Made by a program: the position numbers and the translations under genes
Shown here: in pieces, positions 17,395-26,982 of the stretch
Layout: each line of letters opens with the position of its first letter
How positions within the stretch are numbered: the first letter of the stretch is position 1
The notes under the pieces: generated by a model
The model's input: the letters and a program-made list of their open reading frames with translations, nothing else
Database searches by the model: none
Told to the model about the DNA's origin: nothing
DNA from: an uncultured virus (IMG/VR IMGVR_UViG_3300029448_000008)
Taxonomy: Duplodnaviria > Heunggongvirae > Uroviricota > Caudoviricetes
IMG/VR virus record: IMGVR_UViG_3300029448_000008
Length of the DNA stretch: 64,000 nt
Direction: 5' to 3' (one strand)

Positions 17395-17610
17395 ATGTTT
17401 TATAGTAAATTATCAGACGAGTCTATTCGTCACAACATTAATACTGGACAGTTTAATGTAGTAAAACTAGACACCAATAAAGATTATAACAGTTTAATCA
17501 ACACTTATCCTAAGAGATGGCATGATCATATCAAGCAGGCTTTTATGTTTAATTGTAAAGAAATGATTAATGAGTTAGTAAAATATAAGGTTAAGGAGAC
17601 AGCCTTTTAA
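17395..17610 (+). CDS. Hypothetical early protein
   Basis: ORF with A-rich leader. Confidence 0.55.
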   Translation: MFYSKLSDESIRHNINTGQFNVVKLDTNKDYNSLINTYPKRWHDHIKQAFMFNCKEMINELVKYKVKETAF

Positions 17611-17641
17611 TTTGTCTCCACAATTATAATTATTTATAGAT

Positions 17642-18139
17642 ATGGTAAAAATCCAATCAATTAGTGAACCTGTGAAGGATAGTAACGGGAAGAACTACAA
17701 AGTAATCACACTTGAAGCTCCGGCTTTTAAGGAAGTGGTAGACTTGAGTACAGGCGAGTCAATTTTAGCATTAGCTTCACCTAAGACAGTGAAGAAATGT
17801 GTTTGGGAAGAGTCTTATTTAGACGGTAGCAAACATTTTATGTACGATGCTAAAGCAGGACAAGCTGTGTATGGTACTATCTATACTGCATCAACTGATG
17901 AGTATGAGATAGATGAGAGAACTGTTGACACTTATACAGGTTTTGTTGAAGCATTAGAATCTGATGCAAATTTTAATTCAGCAGTAAACACTATGTTAAG
18001 TGACGCAGGTAGAGAACTAGCTTCAAACGCTTCAGATAAAGATTTCAATGTAGCGAAAGAACATAACAGTGGCGAACAACTATCCATTGAGGATGAGGTT
18101 ACTGTTGAAGCAGAAGAATCTATTGAAGAGCAATTCTAA
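17642..18139 (+). CDS. Hypothetical early protein with acidic tail (possible OB-fold ssDNA-binding protein)
   Basis: Beta-rich N-terminus (KDSNGKNYKVITL) and strongly acidic C-terminus. Confidence 0.5.
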   Translation: MVKIQSISEPVKDSNGKNYKVITLEAPAFKEVVDLSTGESILALASPKTVKKCVWEESYLDGSKHFMYDAKAGQAVYGTIYTASTDEYEIDERTVDTYTGFVEALESDANFNSAVNTMLSDAGRELASNASDKDFNVAKEHNSGEQLSIEDEVTVEAEESIEEQF

Positions 18140-18231
18140 GATAGTTTAGTTTGAAAGATAGGATTGAGCGTGAGTTTATTACGATTCTTGCGCTCCTTCT
18201 TATTAATTTTTAATATCAACAATAATAATAG

Positions 18232-18463
18232 TATGCAAAAATTGACATTTAATCACAGACAAATGAAAGAAATAAAAGTATTAGACACCGGTTTAATATG
18301 CGTACACTATACACACGAACAACATGGTGTAGATGTACATGTATTTGATAACTGGAAAGAGTTTTACGATGCTCATCCTAATTTATTATACCTTCATAAT
18401 GTCGCATGGAGTAAGCTCAAGTCGTTCTTACATTCCATCAATATATTTACAAGAAGACCATAA
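18232..18463 (+). CDS. Hypothetical protein
   Basis: Likely start MQKLTF near 18232 (approximate), after an intergenic hairpin; stop overlaps the next start. Confidence 0.5.
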
Positions 18464-18702
18464 TGGATCTCAATGTAAAGGTGTGGTACCGTCTCAGTTT
18501 TATTACTGAGCATGGTAACCATAGTTCTTTGTACAATAATCGTAGAAAAGCTGAGAAGTATCTCAGTAGGTACAAGAAAAATTTTCAAGGCGATTACATC
18601 GCCGATGACAAGATAACTCAAGTTAAACAAATTCTAACTACAGTCGACTTTGATGATGATGGTATAATAATACCTACATATGCATATGAGGAATTGAAAT
18701 AG
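18463..18702 (+). CDS. Hypothetical protein
   Basis: ORF translationally coupled to the upstream gene. Confidence 0.55.
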   Translation: MDLNVKVWYRLSFITEHGNHSSLYNNRRKAEKYLSRYKKNFQGDYIADDKITQVKQILTTVDFDDDGIIIPTYAYEELK

Positions 18703-18780
18703 TGCGTGTCCGCTATGTTTTCATGACAGTTAGAGATGATTAAGCCTGGCACGGGGCTTTTTCTTAAATTTTATATAATT

Positions 18781-19554
18781 ATGGACAAAATACATTTACG
18801 AGGCTTTAGTATTGCCTTGTTAGCATGCATAATGTGTGCTATCCACGCTTACTCACAAAAGAGTCAGCAAGAAAATACTACAATACAAAATACATTTGAA
18901 ATACCAGAAGGATATGAAAGAGTAGAAGATAGATATGCAGATTTCTTTCGTAACTTTCCTATATTAGTTGAAGAAGGAAGATATCATGATGGCAAGACAT
19001 TACCTGGATTAGGTATAACATATGCTGCTATATTTGACTATGCTATAGGCAGAAGAAACTTACATCAATGTGCTGATGCATCAATTTACATGAGAACTAA
19101 ATACATGTTAGACTCAGGTAGAGAGATAAATGATATAAGATGGCATTACACTGATGGATCATGGTTAAGCTATGGTTCTTTTCTTTCTAAAAGAAGAGCA
19201 AAACCTGGTAAAACAAGTTTTTTAGCTTATATGGAAAACATATGGACTTATGCTGGTACATGGTCAATACAAGAATATGAAACGGAATCTGTTAAAATTA
19301 AAGATGCGAGACCAGGAGATATCTTCGTTGAAGGTGGCTTTCCTGGACATGCTGTGACTATTGTTGATATGGTAGAGAATGATGAGGGTAAGAAATTATA
19401 TATGCTTGCCCAATCATTCATGCCTGCACAGTCACATCACATATTACTTGATATAAATGATTCAGTATGGTTTGACTTTGATAGAAATAAAGAAGTTGTA
19501 GCTACACCTGGATGGGTATTTAGTAAAAGAAGCGTTAAACGATTCAATAATTAA
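18781..19554 (+). CDS. DUF4846-family exported protein (papain/NlpC-P60-like Cys-His)
   Basis: Signal peptide after MDKIHLRG; LHQCADA, YAGTWS, PGDIFVEGGFPGHAVTIVDM and LAQSFMPAQ motifs. Confidence 0.8.
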   Translation: MDKIHLRGFSIALLACIMCAIHAYSQKSQQENTTIQNTFEIPEGYERVEDRYADFFRNFPILVEEGRYHDGKTLPGLGITYAAIFDYAIGRRNLHQCADASIYMRTKYMLDSGREINDIRWHYTDGSWLSYGSFLSKRRAKPGKTSFLAYMENIWTYAGTWSIQEYETESVKIKDARPGDIFVEGGFPGHAVTIVDMVENDEGKKLYMLAQSFMPAQSHHILLDINDSVWFDFDRNKEVVATPGWVFSKRSVKRFNN

Positions 19555-19556
19555 AA

Positions 19557-19739
19557 ATGTATATTATGACAATGTATCAATTTAATGAGAAGAATATCTT
19601 AGATTCTCTTTCGGCTAACAAAGATGACCCGGAAGAGTGTCTTAAGATAATAGAAAAGTTCGAAGAACAGTGTGGAGACTTGCAAGAGTTTCTTATAAGA
19701 CAGAAGAAATTTTTTAAAAACTATAAAAAGAATAAATAA
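19557..19739 (+). CDS. Hypothetical protein
   Basis: Short ORF in the gene string. Confidence 0.5.
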   Translation: MYIMTMYQFNEKNILDSLSANKDDPEECLKIIEKFEEQCGDLQEFLIRQKKFFKNYKKNK

Positions 19740-19740
19740 T

Positions 19741-20349
19741 ATGGGAGTAGACTGTTATGGCTTAAAGCCGCACAATCCTAAACAAATTGTGAAACCAACA
19801 ATAGACTGGGACGACAACCCAAGTGAAGAACAAAGACAGAAGTTCTGGGATGAACAAGATAATTATGATAAACAAGTAAGAGGATCTTATTTCAGAAATA
19901 ACTGGTGGTATTGGAGACCTATGTGGGCATATGCAACAGCTATAGGTTTAGAACATGGTATAATAACCAAAAAACAAGCAGAATACGGTAATGGTAATGA
20001 CGGTAGTAAGATTAATGGAAAAACTGCTAAGGTATGGGGTGAACTTATACTATGGGATATATCTGAAGGCAATGTACGGGATCATGAGACAAAGTATAAG
20101 ATACAGTATGATATAGCAAATGAGCACAATGATGAGCTCGATAAAGCTATGCAAATACTTCGTGAGGTTGTACAAGACGAAACAGGTGTCAAAGATGTTG
20201 TACCTAATGATTATCCAAAAAAACATAAGAAATCATGGCAAGAGCTGTGGGATAAAAGAGATCATAGAGCAAGCTATCCTTTTAGTGAAGAGAATTTAAA
20301 AGAGTTTGCAGAGTTTATGATAGAATCGGGAGGATTCTCGATATGTTAG
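19741..20349 (+). CDS. Conserved phage hypothetical protein
   Basis: MGVDCYG, YFRNNWWYWRPMW and YPFSEENLKEFAEF..ESGGFSIC; I recall this as a recurrent aquatic-phage family of unknown function. Confidence 0.7.
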   Translation: MGVDCYGLKPHNPKQIVKPTIDWDDNPSEEQRQKFWDEQDNYDKQVRGSYFRNNWWYWRPMWAYATAIGLEHGIITKKQAEYGNGNDGSKINGKTAKVWGELILWDISEGNVRDHETKYKIQYDIANEHNDELDKAMQILREVVQDETGVKDVVPNDYPKKHKKSWQELWDKRDHRASYPFSEENLKEFAEFMIESGGFSIC

Positions 20350-20409
20350 GATTAATAACCGGAGGTTTATACTTATTAGTATTATACCTCTACTTAAAAG
20401 CAGAATAAA

Positions 20410-20562
20410 ATGAGAAAAGTAAGAATATTTTTAGCAGTATTAGTAACAGGACTATTTTTAGTAGGATGCAGTTCATACAAAGGGTATTGTAAATCAAAGA
20501 AAAAGATGTACAAAGCACAAAAATGTTGGAATGCAAAGAAACAAAAAATGGTAAGATGTTAA
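20410..20562 (+). CDS. Small basic lipoprotein (50 aa)
   Basis: Manually translated MRKVRIFLAVLVTGLFLVGC-SSYKGYCKSKKKMYKAQKCWNAKKQKMVRC; lipobox LVGC. Confidence 0.65.
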   Translation: MRKVRIFLAVLVTGLFLVGCSSYKGYCKSKKKMYKAQKCWNAKKQKMVRC

Positions 20563-20563
20563 T

Positions 20564-22417
20564 ATGAATTATTTAATAACAAATAATAAAGATCAGGTTG
20601 TTTATGAAAATATGCAATCTATTTCGGTTGACACTGCAATTTCACAGTTACGGAGCTGTGAGGTTGTAGGTGTTGATACCGAAACAACCGGTTTTAACTG
20701 GAATGATAATGATTTATTGTTGTTACAAATATCTACACAAACAGACAATTATGTATTTGACTGTACAACTGTAGATATACTACTACTAAATAAAATGTTC
20801 TTAAGTGATAAGGTTACAAAAATCTTTCACAATGTAAAGTTTGATTACAAGTTTCTGCGTGCAAACGGTATTATGACTGAAAATGTTTATGATACTATGC
20901 TTGCGGAACAGGTTATACACTGTGGTAAAAAGAGTATAAAGTATAGTCTTGACTCATTATTAGATAGATATTTTGAAATATTTATGGATAAAGGTGCAAG
21001 ATCTACATTTGTCACACATAAACCTGGTAATCCATATACTAAGCTACAACTTAGATATGCATTTACTGATACTGAGTTTTTATTACAAATTGTAGAGAAA
21101 CAACAAGAATTAATTAATGAATATGATCTAAATGAGGTTGTAAAGCTTGAAAATCAAGCCGCATTAGCCTTTGCAGACATAGAATACAACGGTATTTACC
21201 TAAATAAGACTAAATGGGAAGAAAACTATAACAAAATCAAGATAGATTTAGAACAATCTATGGAAGAACTCGATAATTTTATAGAATTTGACCCTATGTT
21301 CGATAATTTTAAGCTAAAACAAGTACAAACAGACATGTTTTTACCTATGGAAGAGCTTAGAAAGACTAATATGTTATGGAGTTCACCTTCACAAGTATTA
21401 AAACTTATGCAGTGTGTTAATCCAGAGCTCGAAAGTGTTAATGGTAAAGTATTATTGATGCATAAAAATATGCACCCTATTGTGTCTAAATATATAAAAT
21501 ATAAGGAACAAGCTAAATTATGTAATGCATATGGCTTGGATTTCTATAAATATCTGCATAAGGATGATAAAATACATACATCATTCCAACAGATATTAAA
21601 TACAGGTAGAGTTTCATCAAGAAGCCCTAACATGCAGCAGATCCCTAGTGATAATTCATATAGAAATGCGTTCGTACCTAAAAATGGTGACGATGTGTTT
21701 GTGTCTTCTGACTTTTCCTCTCAGGAGCTTTGTATTATAGCTTTCGGATCTGGTGATCCTGTATGGTTAAATGCATTAGAACAAGGTAAAGATTTACATT
21801 CTATATGTGCTGAACTTATATTTGGAAATACATGGATAGACGCAGAAGGTGATACTAAAGAACGTAAGAGACTACGTACAGCTGTAAAAGCTATTAATTT
21901 TGGTCTTGCTTATGGTATGTCAGAGTTTAAACTATCTGATACTTTAGGAATAACAGTCAAAGAAGCTAAGAAAATGATTAAGAAATACTTTACAGTGTTT
22001 CCTGCCATTAAAAAGTTTCTAGACAATCTAGGAGCATTTGGTAAAGATAATGGATTTATCAGAACTTTTTCTCCTTACAGACGCATACGATGGTTTGAAG
22101 ATTGGTCGCAAGAAATGGAAGACTTTGCTGCATTAGGCAGTATAGAACGTGCTTCTAAAAATACGCCAATACAAGGCACCGGTGCAGACATGACTAAGAT
22201 AGCTTTAGTTATGGTGAGAAAGTCCATTAAACAACAGAATTTACCTGTTAAATTGATTATGACAGTGCATGATCAGATTGATACCATATGCAAAAGTGAT
22301 TTTGCAGAAGAGTGGAGTATATTACTTAAAGGTATCATGGAAAAAGCTGCACTTAAAATCATTACGAATGGACTATTAAAGTCAGATACTAACATTACTA
22401 AACAATGGCAAAAATGA
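20564..22417 (+). CDS. polA: DNA polymerase family A with 3'-5' exonuclease
   Basis: Exonuclease motifs DTETTG, HNVKFD, YAFTD; polymerase motifs TGRVSS..PNMQQIP, DFSSQE, R..VKAINFGLAYG, NTPIQGTGAD, VHDQI. Confidence 0.95.
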   Translation: MNYLITNNKDQVVYENMQSISVDTAISQLRSCEVVGVDTETTGFNWNDNDLLLLQISTQTDNYVFDCTTVDILLLNKMFLSDKVTKIFHNVKFDYKFLRANGIMTENVYDTMLAEQVIHCGKKSIKYSLDSLLDRYFEIFMDKGARSTFVTHKPGNPYTKLQLRYAFTDTEFLLQIVEKQQELINEYDLNEVVKLENQAALAFADIEYNGIYLNKTKWEENYNKIKIDLEQSMEELDNFIEFDPMFDNFKLKQVQTDMFLPMEELRKTNMLWSSPSQVLKLMQCVNPELESVNGKVLLMHKNMHPIVSKYIKYKEQAKLCNAYGLDFYKYLHKDDKIHTSFQQILNTGRVSSRSPNMQQIPSDNSYRNAFVPKNGDDVFVSSDFSSQELCIIAFGSGDPVWLNALEQGKDLHSICAELIFGNTWIDAEGDTKERKRLRTAVKAINFGLAYGMSEFKLSDTLGITVKEAKKMIKKYFTVFPAIKKFLDNLGAFGKDNGFIRTFSPYRRIRWFEDWSQEMEDFAALGSIERASKNTPIQGTGADMTKIALVMVRKSIKQQNLPVKLIMTVHDQIDTICKSDFAEEWSILLKGIMEKAALKIITNGLLKSDTNITKQWQK

Positions 22418-22758
22418 GAATAGATTATAAAATTTTAAAACAAATAGAAAAACAGATAGGTGACTATCAAATTGGAGCTGAAAAAGATAAATTATATTTC
22501 AGGTTTGGTTATTGGCAGCACATAGACAAAGATTTCTTTGCTTCTTTTTTACCTGCTTATCTTTCTATAGAGGAGTTTATTGTTGATGAAGATGATGATA
22601 CCGGTATAGCCTACATATATTATGTGTGGGATGATCGGTTTAGAAAGAAAGAAATATTAAAAAACAAGAAAGAAAGAGACTATAAACTATTTGGATGGTC
22701 TTTATTAGGCTTAGTTCTATGTATTTTATATATAGTCTTAGATGCATACATATTTTAA
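22405..22758 (+). CDS. Hypothetical protein with C-terminal transmembrane helix
   Basis: Hydrophobic tail LFGWSLLGLVLCILYIVL. Confidence 0.55.
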   Translation: MAKMRIDYKILKQIEKQIGDYQIGAEKDKLYFRFGYWQHIDKDFFASFLPAYLSIEEFIVDEDDDTGIAYIYYVWDDRFRKKEILKNKKERDYKLFGWSLLGLVLCILYIVLDAYIF

Positions 22759-22795
22759 TTTGATATGTGTATAATTAATTGTATATTTTATTAAT

Positions 22796-24034
22796 ATGAA
22801 ACTAGATGAAAATAAATTAAAGAGACAGCGTAGAGCTATTGATGTTTGGAAATCAAGTGGCTATAAGGGAACAATTGAAGCGGTAACAGGCTTCGGTAAG
22901 ACCTTTGTAGCTTCCTTGATAATACAAGACATGAATAGTAAGTACCCAGATAATACTACACTAGTTATTGTACCTACAAGATACTTATTAGATCAATGGA
23001 AGAAAGAAATAGAAACTCATGATCTTAAGAATGTAAGTGTAATGGTTATAAACACCGGTGTAAAAGCAATAAGACAAACTGATTTGCTAGTATTAGATGA
23101 GATACATAACTATGCTTCTGATATATTTAAGGGTATATTTACTCTTACACATTATAGTTATATACTTGGTTTAACAGCTACTTTGGAAAGAAGCGACAAG
23201 AAACATTACATAATAGAAAATGAGTGCCCTGTAGTAGATACTATATCTATGAAAGAAGCACTAGCTATGGGATATGTTTCTAACTTCAAGGTATTTAATT
23301 TAGGATTAGACTTACATGCTAAAGAACGTATAAGATATGAGCTTATGCATGATAGTTTTAATAAATATTTTAAATGGTTTGATTTCAATTTTCAAATAGC
23401 TATGAAATGTCTACAAAACCAAGAGTACAGAGAACACTACGCTGCGAGAACAGGATATGATCCTAAAGGTATAATGAGTGCTGCAGTCAATTGGAGTAAA
23501 AATATGAGGAATCGTAAGACTTACTTATATAATCACCCCATGAAGATAGAAGCAGCAAAAGAATTAATAGAAACCTTTGATGTTCCTACAATTACATTCT
23601 CAGAAAGTGTTAACTTTGCTGACGAGCTTACAAAAGCCTGCTTTCCGTGGGCAGTGTCATATCACTCTAAAATAGGTAAGTACAGAAAGATAAAAGCAAT
23701 AGAAGAATTCAATGATAAGAAATCAGATATTAAAGTTATCTCAACTGCTCGTGCCTTAGATGAAGGATTTGATATTCAAGATGTAACTCTTGCTATTGTA
23801 TGCAGCGGTACCTCTACAAGTAGACAGGATCTACAGCGTACAGGTAGAGCTATACGATTTGCACCCGGTAAGATGGGTCTGATTGTGAATCTATATATAA
23901 AAGATACACAAGATGAGAAATGGTTACGTAACCGTCAGAAAAAAACGATAAACGCTACTCACGTTGATTCGATTAAACAAATTAAAGAAGCCTTGAGTCA
24001 AGCTTCGCTTAATTATTTAAATGTAGAACAATGA
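22796..24034 (+). CDS. Superfamily 2 helicase
   Basis: TGFGKT, LDEIH, GLTAT, LDEGFDI and QRTGRAIR motifs. Confidence 0.92.
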   Translation: MKLDENKLKRQRRAIDVWKSSGYKGTIEAVTGFGKTFVASLIIQDMNSKYPDNTTLVIVPTRYLLDQWKKEIETHDLKNVSVMVINTGVKAIRQTDLLVLDEIHNYASDIFKGIFTLTHYSYILGLTATLERSDKKHYIIENECPVVDTISMKEALAMGYVSNFKVFNLGLDLHAKERIRYELMHDSFNKYFKWFDFNFQIAMKCLQNQEYREHYAARTGYDPKGIMSAAVNWSKNMRNRKTYLYNHPMKIEAAKELIETFDVPTITFSESVNFADELTKACFPWAVSYHSKIGKYRKIKAIEEFNDKKSDIKVISTARALDEGFDIQDVTLAIVCSGTSTSRQDLQRTGRAIRFAPGKMGLIVNLYIKDTQDEKWLRNRQKKTINATHVDSIKQIKEALSQASLNYLNVEQ

Positions 24035-24597
24035 TCTTAGAATCTCCAGGACAGTGGGTAGACTTTTTGTGTAAACATAAGTTGTCGCCTACACAATTTT
24101 TATTTTTGTACATAATATATGAAAACGACTATCCAGCTTTATATAAATATGTACATCAAAATGGAGGCTTTGATATGTCAGAACTAAACGATCTTGAGAA
24201 AAGAGGGTACATGACAAATGATAACCCTAATTTAGCCAGCTCTTTAGCAGATTGCTATACAGTTACAAATAAGTTTATTAAGGAACTCTATAATACGGAT
24301 GTTAACACAGCGTATGATGAGTTCTTTGAGGCTTATCCTGTACAGATATATGTAGACGGTCGAAGACTACCAGGCAGAAATGCTACACTTAAAACACGAA
24401 CTTACTATAAGAAGAAAATTGCTACTAAGCGAGCTCTTCATAAAAAAGTAATGGATTGTTTAGATTACGCTAAGCGTAATAATCTTGTCACTATGGGCAT
24501 GGAAAAATGGATAGAGACAGAACAGTATAGAAGTATTTTAGAACTAATGAAAACAAACATAGATGAATTCGAATCCCCAAACGACAAACTTTACTAG
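24031..24597 (+). CDS. Replication-associated protein (initiator/helicase-loader-like)
   Basis: N-terminal wHTH-like region and YDEFFEAYP motif; directly upstream of DnaB. Confidence 0.5.
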   Translation: MILESPGQWVDFLCKHKLSPTQFLFLYIIYENDYPALYKYVHQNGGFDMSELNDLEKRGYMTNDNPNLASSLADCYTVTNKFIKELYNTDVNTAYDEFFEAYPVQIYVDGRRLPGRNATLKTRTYYKKKIATKRALHKKVMDCLDYAKRNNLVTMGMEKWIETEQYRSILELMKTNIDEFESPNDKLY

Positions 24598-25525
24598 TCT
24601 TCAGATAAAAACAGCTGAACAGGCTATTAAAGAAGCAGATATATTTCTAGAACAAGGAGCTAAAGGTGAAAGACCCTTCCTTGCTACTAGATGGCAAAAA
24701 GTTAATACAATGTTATTGGGGGGTTTTCACTTCGGTCAAACTTATTTTCTTGCAGGTGCATCAGGACATGGTAAATCTTTTTTCGTAAACATGTTACACA
24801 CAGACTTTACATCATATTATTTAGGTAACCAAGACGTAAAGATATTACACTTTAGTTTTGAAATGCATGCAAAAGATGAGATGATTAGAAAGATATCACA
24901 GTTAAGTGATATAGATTATAGAAAGCTTGTATCATCAGATAAGCCCTTAACACTTGAAGAACTAGAAATTATAAGAAAGAACTATGCTAGGATGAAAAAC
25001 AAAAATGTATTTTATGTTGAGACTCCTTCTTCTAGAGAGAGAATATACGCAACTATTAATGAATTCTGTAATGAATTTAAAGATAGTAAAGTAGTAGTAT
25101 CTCTAGATCATACTTTGCTTGTAAATCCTAGTCCTGGTGAGAATGAGATACAATCTCTTGCAGAGCTTGGCAAGATGTTTATACAAGTCAGAAAAGAGTT
25201 TAATACTTGTAATATCCTTGTAGGACAAATGAATGATAAAATGGAATCGAAGGAACGTAGAGATCCTACTAATCCTGCTTTACATTATCCTACAAAAACA
25301 GATATACACGGTAGTAAACAAATATATCATGCAGCTGATGTTGTTATGGTATTACACCAACCAGTACTTCTTAACTTAGAGTATTATGGTAAAAAGCGAT
25401 TTCCTACAACAGATCTTGTAGCAATACATTGTCTCAAGAATAGAACAGGAACTGCAGGTTTAACTAGATTAAAGAATAACCTACAAAATGGTCGCTTTGA
25501 CACTTATGAGAGTAAATTATTTTAA
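24563..25525 (+). CDS. dnaB: DnaB-like replicative helicase
   Basis: GASGHGKS Walker A, FSFEM, LDH, GQMN, GSKQIYHAADVV and KNRTG motifs. Confidence 0.9.
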   Translation: MNSNPQTTNFTSLQIKTAEQAIKEADIFLEQGAKGERPFLATRWQKVNTMLLGGFHFGQTYFLAGASGHGKSFFVNMLHTDFTSYYLGNQDVKILHFSFEMHAKDEMIRKISQLSDIDYRKLVSSDKPLTLEELEIIRKNYARMKNKNVFYVETPSSRERIYATINEFCNEFKDSKVVVSLDHTLLVNPSPGENEIQSLAELGKMFIQVRKEFNTCNILVGQMNDKMESKERRDPTNPALHYPTKTDIHGSKQIYHAADVVMVLHQPVLLNLEYYGKKRFPTTDLVAIHCLKNRTGTAGLTRLKNNLQNGRFDTYESKLF

Positions 25526-25549
25526 TAACTTAATAAATTAATAGTAAAT

Positions 25550-26224
25550 ATGGAATTACCAACGAAAGTAATCAAATCAACAACAGTAAACCCTTCACTG
25601 TTAACTGTCTTCGGACAATCAAAAGTGGGTAAAACAACAATGTTATCTAAACTAAAGAATTGTTTAATTTTAGATACAGAAAAAGGTACTAAATATGTGG
25701 ATGCATTGAAAGTACAAGTCAATAGTAGCATAGATTTAAAGAACACAGTTAGAGCATTAAAAGAATCAGGTAGTCAATATGATTACTTAGCTCTTGATAC
25801 CATAGACAATGTAGTATCCTGGTTTGAGAAAGATGTAGCTAGAGATAATAATGTAGATAGCTTTGCTAAAATTCCTTTTGGTGACGGCTATAATCAGGTA
25901 CGTACAAGAGTAATGGCTATGATTAGCGCTCTTATGGAATGCTGTGAACATATAATTATTATAGGTCACAGAAAGAAAACTATTATCGGTAATGATTCAG
26001 TAGAGGTTAATGTAAGCTCTCTTGATTTATCCGGTAAGTTAAAGAACTATGTAATGGCAAAATCAGACGCAATTGGTTTTGTATACAGAGACGAAGAAGG
26101 CGATTTAAAGATATCATTTGAAGCATCTGATGAGATAGAGGCGGGTACTAGATTACAGCATCTTGCAGGTAAAATACTTGATTTTAAATGGTCTGAGATA
26201 TACAAGACTGCAGTAGGTAAGTAA
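25550..26224 (+). CDS. AAA ATPase (Sak4/AAA_24-like recombination protein)
   Basis: GQSKVGKTT, LDTEKG, LDTID, PFGDGY, IIGH and SDAIG motifs. Confidence 0.85.
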   Translation: MELPTKVIKSTTVNPSLLTVFGQSKVGKTTMLSKLKNCLILDTEKGTKYVDALKVQVNSSIDLKNTVRALKESGSQYDYLALDTIDNVVSWFEKDVARDNNVDSFAKIPFGDGYNQVRTRVMAMISALMECCEHIIIIGHRKKTIIGNDSVEVNVSSLDLSGKLKNYVMAKSDAIGFVYRDEEGDLKISFEASDEIEAGTRLQHLAGKILDFKWSEIYKTAVGK

Positions 26225-26276
26225 GGATAAAATTCGTATATTGCAGTAATAGTAAAACAATTTTAAAGTAAATTTT

Positions 26277-26900
26277 ATGTACAAATTAGTAGAAACACAA
26301 AGTAACGCACCAAGCTACACATTAATGAAAGCTGGTGTTAATGAGAATGTTCGTTTAGTAGATGTAACATTCGACGCCTTAAGAAAAGATGGCACAGGAG
26401 GTAATTGCATTAGGTTTTATTTCCAAGACGAGGCAGGTGCTAAATTCACACAAACATACATGGAGGTAACATCTCTTGAGAGATTAAAAGAGTCTGCAAA
26501 GAATGCAGCTCAACAGGGTAGAAGCTGGTCTTCAACTCCTGAACAACTACACGCCGACTTATTGAGGAATGTAGGAGAATCTTTATACCATATGCTATCT
26601 GCGTTTGTACCAAAAGAGAAAGTAAGTATCGGCGGTGCAACTTGGGATGAACTTGGTAAAAATGTATTAGAACTTGTAGGTAATTCATATGAAAACCTAA
26701 AGTTTAAAATCAAATGTGTGTATGACAAACAAGGAAAATATTTACAATTTCCTAATCGTCCATTGCAGCCTTTTATGGCGCCACAAGATAGCGATGTTCA
26801 GCTAACAGTATCTTCTAGAGATAACGTTACAGCTGCAGAGCCTACACCAGAAGCATCTATTAGCACAAAAGAAAGCGCTAGTAGTGGTGACCTATGGTAA
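26277..26900 (+). CDS. Probable single-stranded DNA-binding protein
   Basis: Follows the Sak4-like ATPase; beta-rich, with a flexible tail ending SGDLW similar to SSB tips. Confidence 0.5.
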   Translation: MYKLVETQSNAPSYTLMKAGVNENVRLVDVTFDALRKDGTGGNCIRFYFQDEAGAKFTQTYMEVTSLERLKESAKNAAQQGRSWSSTPEQLHADLLRNVGESLYHMLSAFVPKEKVSIGGATWDELGKNVLELVGNSYENLKFKIKCVYDKQGKYLQFPNRPLQPFMAPQDSDVQLTVSSRDNVTAAEPTPEASISTKESASSGDLW

Positions 26901-26927
26901 CATAGAGTAAAATTTTCATTCATAATT

Positions 26928-26966
26928 AAGGGGTTTAAGGGTATACGTATCTTTGCCCCTTTTTTT
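26928..26966 (+). terminator. Intrinsic terminator overlapping a TATCTTTG promoter-like element
   Basis: AAGGGG...CCCCTT followed by a T-run; TATCTTTG (TAnnTTTG) lies inside the loop, upstream of the primase gene. Confidence 0.55.
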
Positions 26967-26982
26967 ATATAAAATAATAAAT

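Noticed and set aside
16109..17400. tRNA genes in the intergenic regions
   Set aside because: No cloverleaf with a T-loop GTTCRA and a matching acceptor stem was found by eye; tRNAscan-SE or ARAGORN would settle it.
10994..25525. Introns or inteins in terL, polA or dnaB
   Set aside because: The proteins have normal lengths and contiguous motifs; no intein ends or homing endonuclease ORFs are evident.
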